Assembly: GCA_951406725.2 (NCBI GenBank)
Contig: OX597825.1
Coordinates: 84,382,001 to 84,446,000 of the forward strand
Origin: Octopus vulgaris
Taxonomy: Eukaryota
DNA length: 64,000 nucleotides
Reading direction: 5' to 3'
A program made the translations under genes and the position numbers. The notes beneath the pieces were generated by a model. That model saw only the letters and a program-made list of their open reading frames with translations. It was not told the DNA's origin and did not search any database. Below are positions 28,247 to 41,805 of the stretch, piece after piece; positions within the stretch are counted from its first letter, which is position 1; every line of letters begins with the position of its first letter.

Positions 28247-30550
28247 TACATATTTGGACGTTTTTCTAGATATTTACTTTACTGATTAACAAATATTTCG
28301 TGACTTTCGTATATGAAACTGAAGACTTTGAAATGAAATGTAAATTCCATATAAACGATAGGGTTAAAAGATGCCGAATATTAACGTAGTGAGCCAAAAA
28401 CTGTTTAATTAATTTCAATTACACTTGTAATGAGGAGAAAATGATTAGAATTATTAATTGAATTTAATGATGTTTACTCTTCAGGGGGAATAAAATTTTA
28501 GTCAATAAAAAAAATATTTCTGTTCATTGCATTAACTATGCTAATAATTAATTCTGTTTTAAATGAAGAATATAACTCTGAGTAGCTTTTCACAACCAAT
28601 CAATTCCACCCCCCCATAACGTAATTTCACTTCTATTTCTATTCTTCTGACGTGACTCTTTATAGCTATTCTTATCAACTTACTGCACTTTATTCTCCAA
28701 AATTCTGAGAATTAATGCCAGCCATGATGGTTGTATCTTGATGATGTTCGAAGGTTGACGACTTTCATTTAAGTGGCTGGCACTTTAATGTGATATGCCC
28801 AGCAGAAGTTACGTAACTTATTCCGGACAGTGAGCTGAATGGGAGGGCAAAGCGTCAAGTGATCAATTTGCTGATATAATTACACAAAAGAACTCCTGAA
28901 TTTGTTTTGAGCTCAAGGCCTTTCAATTCGTATAAATTTCGTGCTTAATTCTCCTCTGTCACAATCAGACTGTATAATTAACCTCACGTTTGTCCTCCAA
29001 ACCAAATATGTGATTATGTTTATTAAGTTTGAACACGGAATTCAAGTAATCCTTTTAGAAGCGTCTTATTACACGTACACATGCGCATATATATATATAT
29101 ATATATATATGTCGGCAGGTATGTTGCGTGTCTGTGTTGGAGCTTGTGCACGTTCGTACGTCTATGCTGCATGTGTGAGTGCATGTATGTGTGTATGAGG
29201 AGAGTGTGTGTGCATATTTGTGTGTGTGTGTAAATTTCGTTTGTTTAAAGTGTAGAAATAATTAAACTTTTATTCTAGAAGCTTTTCAAAAGAATGTCGG
29301 AACAAACAAAAATGATTTCTAATCTTTTTTTTTCCTGGTTAGATTTAACCCCGAGGACAAATAGCAAGAAAGAAAGAAAGAAAGAAAGAAAGGAGACAGA
29401 AGAGGTTGAGAAATAAAAGGGCAGGCAGATAGATAGCTAGATAAAGTTGGGGAGAGCAATTAAAGGGAGAAGGAAATGAGAAGATAAAATAATAGAGGTA
29501 TAAAGATATAGAGAGAGATAGAGAGAAAGAGAGAGAAAGAGAAAGAGAGAAAGAGAGAGAGAGAGAAGAGAGAAAAAGAGAGACAGAGAAAAATAGAGAG
29601 AGTTGAAGGAACAGAGGATGTAAAGAAAAATATTTGTGAAAAAATTGTTTAAAAACAAATTTCAATTAGTTAAATAAATAAAATAATAATAATATCAAAA
29701 ATAACAGTAATAATGATAATAATAATAATAATAAAAATAATAATAATAATAATAAAGAATAATATTTGGGGGCAATATCAAGCATGTTTTGTTACAATTG
29801 AAATAAGTGAGGAAACGTGGTAATCCTAAAGACTAATTAAATTCCAAAGATTTACAAAGGGAATGAAACGAATATTTTCTGATAACCTTTCACAGCTTGA
29901 GGAGGAAAACTTGACAAGTGATCTTCCGTCCATTTTCTATGCGATAATGATTGAATTGTAACAAAACAAAAAAAGATGGTCGTTGTTGATGTTGTTCTTG
30001 TTGTTATTGTTGCCGCATCTGATTTTGGTTAACATCAGGCCAATCTTAATCAAGTAAATTCGTGATCAAAGACTCCCCAGCCGTAGCAAACCAATGTTTT
30101 TTTGTTTATGCGGCACAGTCTATCGATGAGTATGTTAGTACGATGTGATTTAAAGGTGTTCGCCTACTATTTTCTACTGGTGTAATAACGGCTGGCTCAT
30201 GTGTAGTAGCGTTCATGCATTGCTGTAGATTGTTAATAAGAAGTAGGGGATGAGATACCTCCCCAGGAATGTAGTCCTCAATACACAGCTTGTAAAGGAT
30301 GGAGCCGGATCACAGTTTGCCTGAATATATAATTAATTGAAAATGAGCTAAGAGTAACAAAGTTCACAGTTACAGAATCAAAATTTGGAAGGCAAGCGTA
30401 GTAATCTACATGTGAGTATATATATATAGGGTTGGCTGAAAGTCACCTGACAGTAAATCAAAAGCATTTAATTCCAAGATTACAGCCAAAAATATGTTAC
30501 ATGAGACTTCGCTATTTACATATAAATAGATACACACGTATGTATGTATG

Positions 30551-30631
<81 letters not shown>

Positions 30632-30728
30632 TTAGGGAGTGTTTACAAAAAAAAAACAAAAGACGAAGACAGGTGGTGTACAAAACAAACAGATGTATTA
30701 GTATAACGCTCAGGAATAAAAAAAGTCT

Positions 30729-30730
<2 letters not shown>
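30632..30730 (-). repeat. Fragment of the Penelope-derived repeat family seen at 44765 and 55994, inside (TA)n
   Basis: aaagacgaagacaggtgg..aaacaaacagatgtattagtataacgctcaggaa matches 56021-56076. Confidence 0.7.
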
Positions 30731-30793
<63 letters not shown>

Positions 30794-30922
30794 GTAAAAT
30801 AAGAAAAGTCAACGAAAATGCATATTGCAGGTATAAAAAGACTATTTATGATAGGTAGTGACAAAAATATACATTGAGAGTATTACGAGTCAAAAAGGTC
30901 ATTATTATTGATGATTATAAGA

Positions 30923-30970
<48 letters not shown>

Positions 30971-31041
30971 GGTAAGGACTGAAACGAACCAATTGGTTTC
31001 CGCGTTAGCTGTTCATCGTTTGAATAACACTGGTTAGTAGA

Positions 31042-31580
<539 letters not shown>

Positions 31581-32290
31581 AATGAAAAGTATGCATACAC
31601 GTATATGCACTATATGTCACTATGATAAACTTAATTCAAGAAGGAATTCATTGATATATACTAAATATATAGATGCATATACACATACATGCGTTTAAGT
31701 GTGTTTAGAGAGTTAACAGTAGAAAGAACTTCTATGTGATTCGGTCATTGCCTCTGCTTTTGGTCATAGAATGCTTCCATAATCGATACATATCGATCAA
31801 TAGGATGATCCTCTCTACTGCGTTAATATTCACGTGTAAGAGAAACTTTCCTGGTTGTTTTTCATCTTCTTGCTTGTAATGTGTGCTCTGCAGGTACGGC
31901 CATATCACCGTTGTACAACAGATAACAACTAAACGAAACAGATGAAAGTACTTCGCCACTTGATGTCTAATCTGCAAACTGCAAACTTATCAACCATCTC
32001 CCTTCGATGTATATATATACTTGTACTACATACAGACGTACATACATATATATAAACATACATATATACAGAAATATACATACATATACATACATACATA
32101 TATATATGCATATATATATATATACATACACACACACACTCACACACACAGACATACACACACACACATATATATATATTAGTAACAAGGAGTTATCAAA
32201 CTTTTGTATAATTCTTTATAGCGCTTTCGTTCGTTCACCGAACTCGTTTCGACAAAACCAAATTAGTAAAGAATGAACGGTTCCTTGTTC

Positions 32291-32382
<92 letters not shown>

Positions 32383-32449
32383 CTCTATCTATTTATCTAT
32401 GATTTTCTTATCCTTTATTAGTCGTTTTTCCACTTTCTTGAGAGTTCTG

Positions 32450-32485
<36 letters not shown>

Positions 32486-32607
32486 AGTTTATCCCTACCT
32501 CTTTTCTTTTCTTTCTCTCTTTCTCCTTTTTACAAAAACACAAAAATATTTGTCTCCCTCCCTTTCTAAACAAAACAAAAGACACCCGATTCATATAAAT
32601 GAACAAC

Positions 32608-32654
<47 letters not shown>

Positions 32655-32860
32655 GTGAAATAGAAAGATGAATAATCTTGTTGCAGATTAATCAAAAGTT
32701 TAATCGATACCTTGGTAGCAAAAATCACAGCAGAAGACAGCACGGTTGGAGGTACAACCCTATGGTGTTGCAACCGTGCGTTGGTGCGGATAATTGAATT
32801 TTAATATTATTAGTGAATTTAAGAAATGGAGTTGAACGAAGATTGAACAGAAATCGTTTT

Positions 32861-32951
32861 ATTTCATTCTACACGTGTTTCGAAAGGCACAATTGACCAA
32901 ATTCCGATTGAATAATGAGACCATATTGTGTATTTCTCTTCAGGAAGAAAT
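32861..32951 (-). ncRNA. Type I hammerhead ribozyme (left pLTR arm)
   Basis: Reverse complement of the 35371-35461 motif with two substitutions. Confidence 0.82.
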
Positions 32952-33335
32952 AGGAAATCCGTTGGAAAAAACAAAAACAGAACAGAGGCGGAGCAAAACA
33001 AATCGAACTAGGCTCCTAAGAGCCCATGGCCAAACTGTTTATCAGTGTATGTTGAAAACGGGTGGTGGGTGCATTGAAGATTTTAACGGGTCAGGCAGCG
33101 GTCATTTCGGTGGGTGAGGGCACGGGGTGTGTAGATGTTCTTTGTGACCGAGAGTAAAGTTCTGACTATTTAAAGAATATTAGATGTATTATATGTGGTG
33201 AGACAAAATCTACTTAGAGACATGTGTGTGTTTACTGTTCTATATATGTGTGCGGGCGCCAGTTGGTAAGAAGCGCTACATTCTGGTCACTGCTGAGAAA
33301 TCCGTCAAGGGGTAGAAAACATTTTATGTGTACGT

Positions 33336-34697
33336 GTGTGCGTTTTTATGCAGAAAGCGGAATTTTATAACGCCGCACTATCCAAGGCCGGTTATAGGGA
33401 GAAGGTAATTTATATTGATCCGGCCCTTCCGATGCCATCATTCGGTCATCAGGATAGGGCCGTCTATAATAACATAAACAATTTAAGTAGTGACGGGAGC
33501 GCGGCGGGTGCTGGGGCAGTCGCTCCCGCATTTAATTTAGCGAACAAGGATAATTATCGGTCCGGGGGATCTCACACTAACCCAAAACCCGTTATTCATC
33601 CGAGAATCCCCCACCCGAATGCGAGAGCTGGCGTCCCGACCCATCACATAGATAGGAATAAGCATATATGGTTTGTAAATCCCTTTGGTAAGCAGATTAG
33701 AACTAACCTCCCCCTCATGTTTCGACAAGCCATCGCCAATAACTTCCCAAGAAATTCCAAATATTACTCCACGGTTAACTCGCATGAAGTTAGGATAGCT
33801 TTCTCCAACACTAAAAACCTCGCCCAGATAATCGCCTCCCATAATAATAGGCTGCTTACTAAGACCCTATCACCTTTTTCCGGAGGCACAGCTTCTTCCG
33901 CTCCCGGTTTAATGCTCAGTAGGAATAATAATAGTAGTAATAATGATATGAGAGCCAGTACAGTGACTCATAATCTCAGCTCCAACCAGGGATTATATAC
34001 TAGGGGTATAGTTATAAATAGGGGTGTTGTAATTGACGGTAACAATGGCAGTAGGGAGGTGAGCGCAGCTCGGCTCGTTAGAGTAGAGAGTCCCAATAGC
34101 AACCCCAGCATCGTTTCCGGCAATAGCAGCACCACGGGCACTAGCAATGACAGCACTCTGATAGATAGTGGAGAATCAGGGGTTATTCCGTTAGTTAATA
34201 GTGACGTAGTGGAAAATAAAGTAGTAAGCGGCTGCAGTTCTCGCAACAAATATAGTGACAGTAACGCAGTTCTAATTTCAGAAACTAATCCTAGCAGAAT
34301 AAGATTCACGTCGGCGAACTCCAAGATCAGAAACGCCGTCTACCAATGCAAGGTTTGCACGGACTCAGATGTCTACGCCTATGTCGGGGCCTCATCGTCA
34401 AGACTGGCTTTGCGAATCTCCAACCATTACGCAACTTTTCGAGACATGAATAAACGCCAGACCACGGGGCTTAGCAAGCTAATATGGCGATTGAAGAATA
34501 CGAACTCAAGCTACAGGCTGGAATGGTCAATTTTGTCGGTGGCCCTCCCATTTGATAGGGGCAGAAGGAAGTGCAACCTTTGTGGCTCCGAACTCTTCCA
34601 TATATTGTTCGCCAGAGACCGGATGGTAAACGGACTTTTACAGTCGGCTTTTCGATGCCCCCATTGGCGGCGTTATACTTATCTTGCTTATAAATAA
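33336..34697 (+). CDS. C-terminal half of a PLE polyprotein: RT thumb, linker, GIY-YIG endonuclease (RT core missing)
   Basis: YNAALSKAGYREKVIY; HIWFVNPF..TN..NFP..NLAQIIASHNNRLL; AVYQCKV..AYVGAS..RISNHYATF..TGLSKLIWRLK..LEWSIL..CNLCGSE..N..CPH. The first codons come from the inverted arm, so the start is not native. Confidence 0.9.
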   Translation: MCVFMQKAEFYNAALSKAGYREKVIYIDPALPMPSFGHQDRAVYNNINNLSSDGSAAGAGAVAPAFNLANKDNYRSGGSHTNPKPVIHPRIPHPNARAGVPTHHIDRNKHIWFVNPFGKQIRTNLPLMFRQAIANNFPRNSKYYSTVNSHEVRIAFSNTKNLAQIIASHNNRLLTKTLSPFSGGTASSAPGLMLSRNNNSSNNDMRASTVTHNLSSNQGLYTRGIVINRGVVIDGNNGSREVSAARLVRVESPNSNPSIVSGNSSTTGTSNDSTLIDSGESGVIPLVNSDVVENKVVSGCSSRNKYSDSNAVLISETNPSRIRFTSANSKIRNAVYQCKVCTDSDVYAYVGASSSRLALRISNHYATFRDMNKRQTTGLSKLIWRLKNTNSSYRLEWSILSVALPFDRGRRKCNLCGSELFHILFARDRMVNGLLQSAFRCPHWRRYTYLAYK

Positions 34698-35370
34698 CGC
34701 TTATAAATAATAACTGCACCCGGTTACACTACTTATATGAAAATAGTCCCTTGGTAATAAATTCTGAAAAAGCCTTTAAGAGAAATATGATTAACCATTG
34801 CAAGGGGAATTACTCCTGTGAGAGGAATGGGGCTTTGTTTTTGACGACGGGGGGTTTCTTTGACAAGGCATGATTAGACGAACACACGCACACATAAAAT
34901 ATTTTTCTGCCGCTCGACGGATTCTACAGCAGTGACCATTGTGTAGAGCTGTTTACCAACTGACAGCCGCGCGATCAAACGCACACACGTACACATAAAA
35001 TGTTTTCTACCCCTTGACGGATTTCTCAGCAGTGACCAGAATGTAGCGCTTCTTACCAACTGGCGCCCGCACACATATATAGAACAGTAAACACACACAT
35101 GTCTCTAAGTAGATTTTGTCTCACCCCATATAATACATCTAATATTCTTTAAATAGTCAGAACTTTACTCTCGGTCACAAAGAACATCTACACACCCCGT
35201 GCCCTCACCCACCGAAATGACCGCTGCCTGACCCGTTAAAATCTTCAACGCACCCACCACCCGTTTTCAACATACACTGATAAACAGTTTGGCCATGGGC
35301 TCTTAGGAGCCTAGTTCGATTTGTTTTGCTCCGCCTCTGTTCTGTTTTTGTTTTTTCCAACGGATTTCCT

Positions 35371-35461
35371 ATTTCTTCCTGAAGAGAAAGACACAATATG
35401 GTCTCATTATTCAATCGGAATTTGGTAAATTGTGCCTTTCGAAACACGTGTAGAATGAAAT
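35371..35461 (+). ncRNA. Type I hammerhead ribozyme (right pLTR arm)
   Basis: atttcttc CTGAAGA GAAAGACACAAT-loop-ATTGTGCCTTTC GAAAC ACGT GTA gaatgaaat: intact core, 11 of 12 bp in stem II, palindromic stem III, predicted cut after A35452. Confidence 0.85.
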
Positions 35462-35505
35462 AAAACGATTTCTGTTCAATCTTCGTTCAACTCCATTTCT
35501 TAAAT

Positions 35506-35537
<32 letters not shown>

Positions 35538-35666
35538 ACTTATGTATATATACGTATATATATACATGCATATAAATATTTATATATATATACACATATA
35601 TATCACACATATATAAATGTGTATATATATTTTATATTTACGCACACACACACACATATATATCTG

Positions 35667-35739
<73 letters not shown>

Positions 35740-36213
35740 ATAGAGATAGATAGATAGATAGATATGTATGCACTGGATTTTCAAAGGTGTTGCTAGCATT
35801 ATTTTTGTTCCATGAAAGGTATTTATATACGAACAGATGGTGAGGGCTGGTCTGTCTTTTGACTAAGAGACACCCAAAGTTTATGCCACGAGAGATTGTG
35901 AGTGACGGCATTGATGGCGATGGCTTTAGTTCCGAAGCACAAAGCCATCAGAAATATCACGGTGACATTGTATCTGTATCAGAATAATAAAACTAAAAAT
36001 TCAATATTGATCAAAGTTCTTTTACTGAGTGTGTTACATACATTTGAAAGGCAACACGCGTAGTAACAAAGTTTTCTGGAAGCAGCAACGGCGACTTAGA
36101 CAGGGGTTGCATAGATGTAGGTATGCGAACTGCTGAGGGCAATACACAAAGCTATATATTATATCTCTGGAAACTAGTCATAAAATATAGAATGTGTATA
36201 CGTCAGTCTGTTA

Positions 36214-36279
<66 letters not shown>

Positions 36280-36294
36280 CATATATATATATAA

Positions 36295-36333
<39 letters not shown>

Positions 36334-36433
36334 TATTTACACATCTATATTTTTATATATATATATATACATATATATATATACATCTATATTTATATAT
36401 ATACACACATCTATGTTTATATGTATATAAATA

Positions 36434-36562
<129 letters not shown>

Positions 36563-37338
36563 TGTGTGTGAGTGTGTGTAGCAACAGTGATTGTTGGGAT
36601 TGTTGGAAACAGTGATTGTTGAGAATAAATGAGCTTAAATTTAGTTAAAATATATTTGCGACATCTTTCAACTCCTAAATGCAGGTGCTCTACATTTATC
36701 GTGGAGAAAAAAATTCTCCCTTACAGTAAAAGGTATAAAAAATTAACATTTCGCAAGTGCTCTTCTCTAGCAAGTTCGCAGAAGCGCGTTTCAGGGTCTT
36801 TAGACTTTCCGAATGGGAAATACTGAAGAAAGGTAACCCTGGGTAGATTCAAAGTTGTAGCTTTAACTAAAAGAACTGCCCACATCACTGACTGAGATGC
36901 GCCAGAATAGAAGCAGGAGCGCTTGGTGCTGATATTGTACAATCTGTAGAATATCCGGAAATGTCATAATACAACACAAGAAAATGACTAAAGAAGAACG
37001 TAGGCAATCACGTGGACTCTATATTCATTATTATATATAAATATATGGCTGTTTAATATGAATCTCTCTATATGTAGGTAGACATAGATCAACAGTAACT
37101 GGATTGAGGTAAATATTTTTATACATACGTGTCGGTTGACACACATCTACCTACAGAAGTAAACGCACGTAAACATTCATACAAACAAACATACTTGCTT
37201 CTGTTGATATCCTTACACGCAGAAACTCCATCATTTGTACTGAAACATGTACACACATAAATGTCCGTACATATATGCCTGCCTGTCTGCCTGGCTGTCT
37301 GTAAGTACGCGTGTATAAAAGGACATATTGTTTGCATT

Positions 37339-37381
<43 letters not shown>

Positions 37382-37548
37382 AGTTGCATATATAATTGTT
37401 TGTAGATTATGTACGCCTTAATTTCTCGCAATATATATATATATATATACACATACATATTTGTATACAAACAGATACTGACAAGATACACACACACAAT
37501 CACGCAGTTATGTTATTGCATGCTTGTCTGTGTATGTCGATGTACCTA

Positions 37549-37634
<86 letters not shown>

Positions 37635-38607
37635 TTCTGAAAAAGAGTTATTTCTAGAAGATCGCGGTGAACGATTATTTCAAGCCTCTTTCATTATTAG
37701 ATGACAAAAGCTGTAGGCTTCAAATTCGTCCATTTTCTAACCACGAAGAGAAAAGAATTTATCACAAATCGATATCCTCGCCGGTATTTTACAAAAATCT
37801 ATATTTACACCTCACCACTTTCTGATTTTACAGCACTACTTTTTCTTTCTCTCATTACTGGTTATCACAACTTTTCTACAAGCGAGCATTGTTATAACAG
37901 TTCCCATGATACAACTTCATTTACCATTTCTCACACAGAGACAAAAAGCAAGAAAAGAAATTGTTTTATCGCCCATTTAAACATGTTGATTTTTGTAATT
38001 TTTACCACGTGCTTTTCTATTAATTCCTTCATTTGTAGCTTCAATCGAATTTTCAGTTAAATGTCAGAAAGGAGAGTAGTGCCGCACTAAATGACATATC
38101 ATTAATTAGTTAGAAACCCTTTAATTTTCTGTTGTTAGATCATGCCGACGTGATCAAGAGCAAGAGCCAACCGTCTCTACGTGGTTGCTAGAAATTCTTG
38201 AAAGAGAAACGAAATGTCTTTCCTTTTAAAGAATACACGTCCACCTCAGATTTTTATATATTTACTAAAATAAAAAAAATAAATGAATAAATAAGTAAAA
38301 GCAAACCCACGGAACAAAGTACATAATAAGAGGGGAGGGTCCTGGATGTAAGGCTTTTCATAAGAGTTTCATTCTATCCTAGACAATTAACTAAGATATT
38401 TCGTCGACTGCATCAGGGATTATCTTTTCTCGATTACAGAAATGTGTGTGTGGATATATTCTTTTATTCTTGTACTTGTTTCAGTCATTTGACTGCGGCC
38501 ATGCTGTAGCACCACCTGAAAGAGTGTTAGTACTTACTCTATTCGTCTTGCTAAGTTACGAGGACGTAAACACACTACCATAGGTTGTTAGGTGATGACG
38601 GGTACGA

Positions 38608-38662
<55 letters not shown>

Positions 38663-39370
38663 ATGCCTCAGATTTGCATTATTATTTTATGTATATTACA
38701 AACTTGAACGGTGCGTATTAAATGATCTCAAACTATTACTGTATGAGTTGACTTCATTATTACTACTAATAAGACCGAATAGCAGTATGCAGATACTCTA
38801 AGAAGGATTTGGTGTCGAAAATTCTGATAAAGTCCACCGTTTCTCCTTTTTTATAAACATATATACACACCTATATAAATACAACACACACAGAGGAAAT
38901 ATTAAATTATAGTCATAAATATGCCGTGCCTGAAATTAGAAACAGATTCAACAGGATGGTGATGTCATGGAATATTTTCGTCTTGGACGAGACACTGAAG
39001 TTAGTGATTAACCAAGAAAACCTGAAATGTACAATTGGAAAACTTCAGTGAACTTTACACCCCTAATTTGGCATCGTCCACATATTTCAAGGATGATGTT
39101 TATTTGCTTCTGTGGATGATAACAACCACTCATTAAGGGTCACTACAGTAGAGAAGGAGTTAAAGACACTTGCCGTTTGACTCTACTTTAAATTCTGCTC
39201 CCTAGGTGAATATAACACATTTATTTTATGTTAAATGATAATTGTGCATCAAGACGGTCGAACATTACGTTAGATTTGTGCTTCCAGTAAATCAATACTT
39301 CAAGCCTGTGGAGTGCGCTAGTTGTGCACATTTACACACACACACACACACTCATATATATATATACATA

Positions 39371-39530
<160 letters not shown>

Positions 39531-40239
39531 TAGAATGGAGGTGGAAACAGTACAGAAGTAAATCTAAGAATTTCAATTTAGAAAGTCTTTAATAAAATGA
39601 TTTAAAGAATATATATAGAAAATATTACCAGTTTCAATGATGAGTTTTAAGATTTGAAATATTAATAAAAATGTAAAGTAAAATCAGTTTGTGTCACTCT
39701 TCTGCTGGGTGGTCAGAACATGCCTGGAGTTTTTACGCAGAAGTCGTCTTTAGATATAGTTTGATATAAAGTTCAAGGTATAAGAAAGGAAGAGACGTGG
39801 TGCAGTTGTCTATTACCTGAAATATCTTTGTAGGTTCCTGCTGAGGGAGTGGCTTAAAAGCATTTATTAAATGGACTTCATGCCCAGCTAAGAGTTCGTG
39901 TATGTGCGTGGGTGTGTATTGTATTGAATATCCTTTCAATATGTTCGGAATGTGACCAGCTGTGTGCTAACGGGTGAGGTTGCTGTAATGAATGTCTTGT
40001 TAAATGTGCTATTAAGGAATTAAAGTTTCCTTCATTATGAAGTGCGCGGGTTTGCACTGCGATGTTTTCTATCGAGTGCCTCCAGCTGCGCGTGTGTGTG
40101 TGTGTGCGTTAGTATGTGTGTTTGTGTTACATTTTTCTTTGAGTGTCTCCATACACACACACAAAGATAAAGACTCACGTTCATAAGCGTACACATACAC
40201 AGAAATATAGATACTTTCATGCATATTAAATGCACACAT

Positions 40240-40246
40240 TATAAAT

Positions 40247-40300
<54 letters not shown>

Positions 40301-40350
40301 TATATATATTATAAATATATATATATAGATAGATAGATATATAGATATAT

Positions 40351-40387
<37 letters not shown>

Positions 40388-40489
40388 ATTATATATATTA
40401 TATATTATAAATATATGTATCCACAGCTCATAAGCTGAAACTAGAATCAATCAATCATATATATATATATATTATAAATTATATATATG

Positions 40490-40541
<52 letters not shown>

Positions 40542-40668
40542 ATATATATATATATATATTATAAATATATATATATATATATATTATAAATTATATATAT
40601 GATATATTATAAATATATATATATATATATTATAAATATATATATTATAAATATATATATATAGATAG

Positions 40669-40707
<39 letters not shown>

Positions 40708-40863
40708 ATTATATATATTATATATATATATATATATTATAGATATTATATATATATATATTATATATATATATATATTATAAATTATATATATTATATA
40801 TTATAAATATATATATATATTATAAATTATATATATTATATATTATAAATATATATATATACA

Positions 40864-40926
<63 letters not shown>

Positions 40927-40932
40927 ATATCT

Positions 40933-40964
<32 letters not shown>

Positions 40965-40970
40965 ATATAT
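40240..40970. repeat. Complex AT minisatellite (tattataaattatatata units) plus (TATC)n
   Basis: Direct reading. Confidence 0.9.
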
Positions 40971-41487
40971 ATAAACAAATGAATGTGCATATGTATACGT
41001 ATAGGTAATGGATACATTGATTGAGAGAAAACGGAGGGGATAATATGAGATAAAACACTCCATAGAACATTGTCTCTATAATTCTTGTTTCCTTCGGCAA
41101 ACTCAATTGAATTATATAAGAAATACTTTATTCGAAAACATGTCTGCTGTGTTGCACATATTTATTCCCACCGTCCTTCCGTTCATTTTTCTATCTGTGG
41201 AAGTTTTAAGTTGGCATTGAGTGAATTATCGAACTAAACACAATACAAGCATATTATCTGGAGTTAACCCATTGTGCGCAATGTGCTGTGCTCTGTCCAT
41301 CGATTTCATTGGTCTGTTATATTACATACAGCCATGGTGGGGAGTGGGGGGTGGAATACGTTTCCGCTCTCAGTATGTCGTTCTTCATTGGGGAGAATCC
41401 CATTGGCTGTGCGTTACAACGCTGCTGCCGCCATTACAGCGGAACAACAGCAATACAAATAACACAAAGCATAAGTATACAATATCC

Positions 41488-41518
<31 letters not shown>

Positions 41519-41550
41519 ACACTACTACAAGTACTACTACTACTACTACA

Positions 41551-41581
<31 letters not shown>

Positions 41582-41729
41582 ATAATAATAATAATAATAA
41601 TAATAAGGGTGATGATGATGATAGTAACAAAAACAACAAAAATAACAATGCTGACTATAATATTGATGATGATGATGACGTCTATAACAGTAATAAAACA
41701 TAACAATACTACTACCACTACTGCTCCTG

Positions 41730-41795
<66 letters not shown>

Positions 41796-41805
41796 ATACT
41801 ACTAG
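41488..41805. repeat. Compound trinucleotide microsatellite (AGT)(ACT)(AAT)(GAT)
   Basis: Direct reading. Confidence 0.95.

Larger units (their letters stand above)
32654..35511 (+). mobile_element. Penelope-like retroelement (Naiad-like), 5'-truncated, with inverted pseudo-LTRs, inserted in (TA)n
   Basis: GIY-YIG ORF flanked by inverted repeats 32811-33345 and 34977-35511 (about 4 mismatches by eye), a hammerhead in each arm, (TA)n on both flanks. Confidence 0.92.

Noticed and set aside
32875-33117. 80-aa ORF duplicated at 35205-35447(-)
   Set aside because: Antisense reading of the pseudo-LTR; the duplication simply reflects the inverted repeat
34780-34850. SECIS element in the PLE 3' UTR (ATGA-N11-AA)
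   Set aside because: Helix II pairing is poor, there is no 3' GA quartet, and the visible ORF has no in-frame UGA
32811-35511. DNA transposon with long TIRs
   Set aside because: The enclosed protein is a PLE thumb plus GIY-YIG, not a DDE transposase; the arms are asymmetric and carry hammerheads
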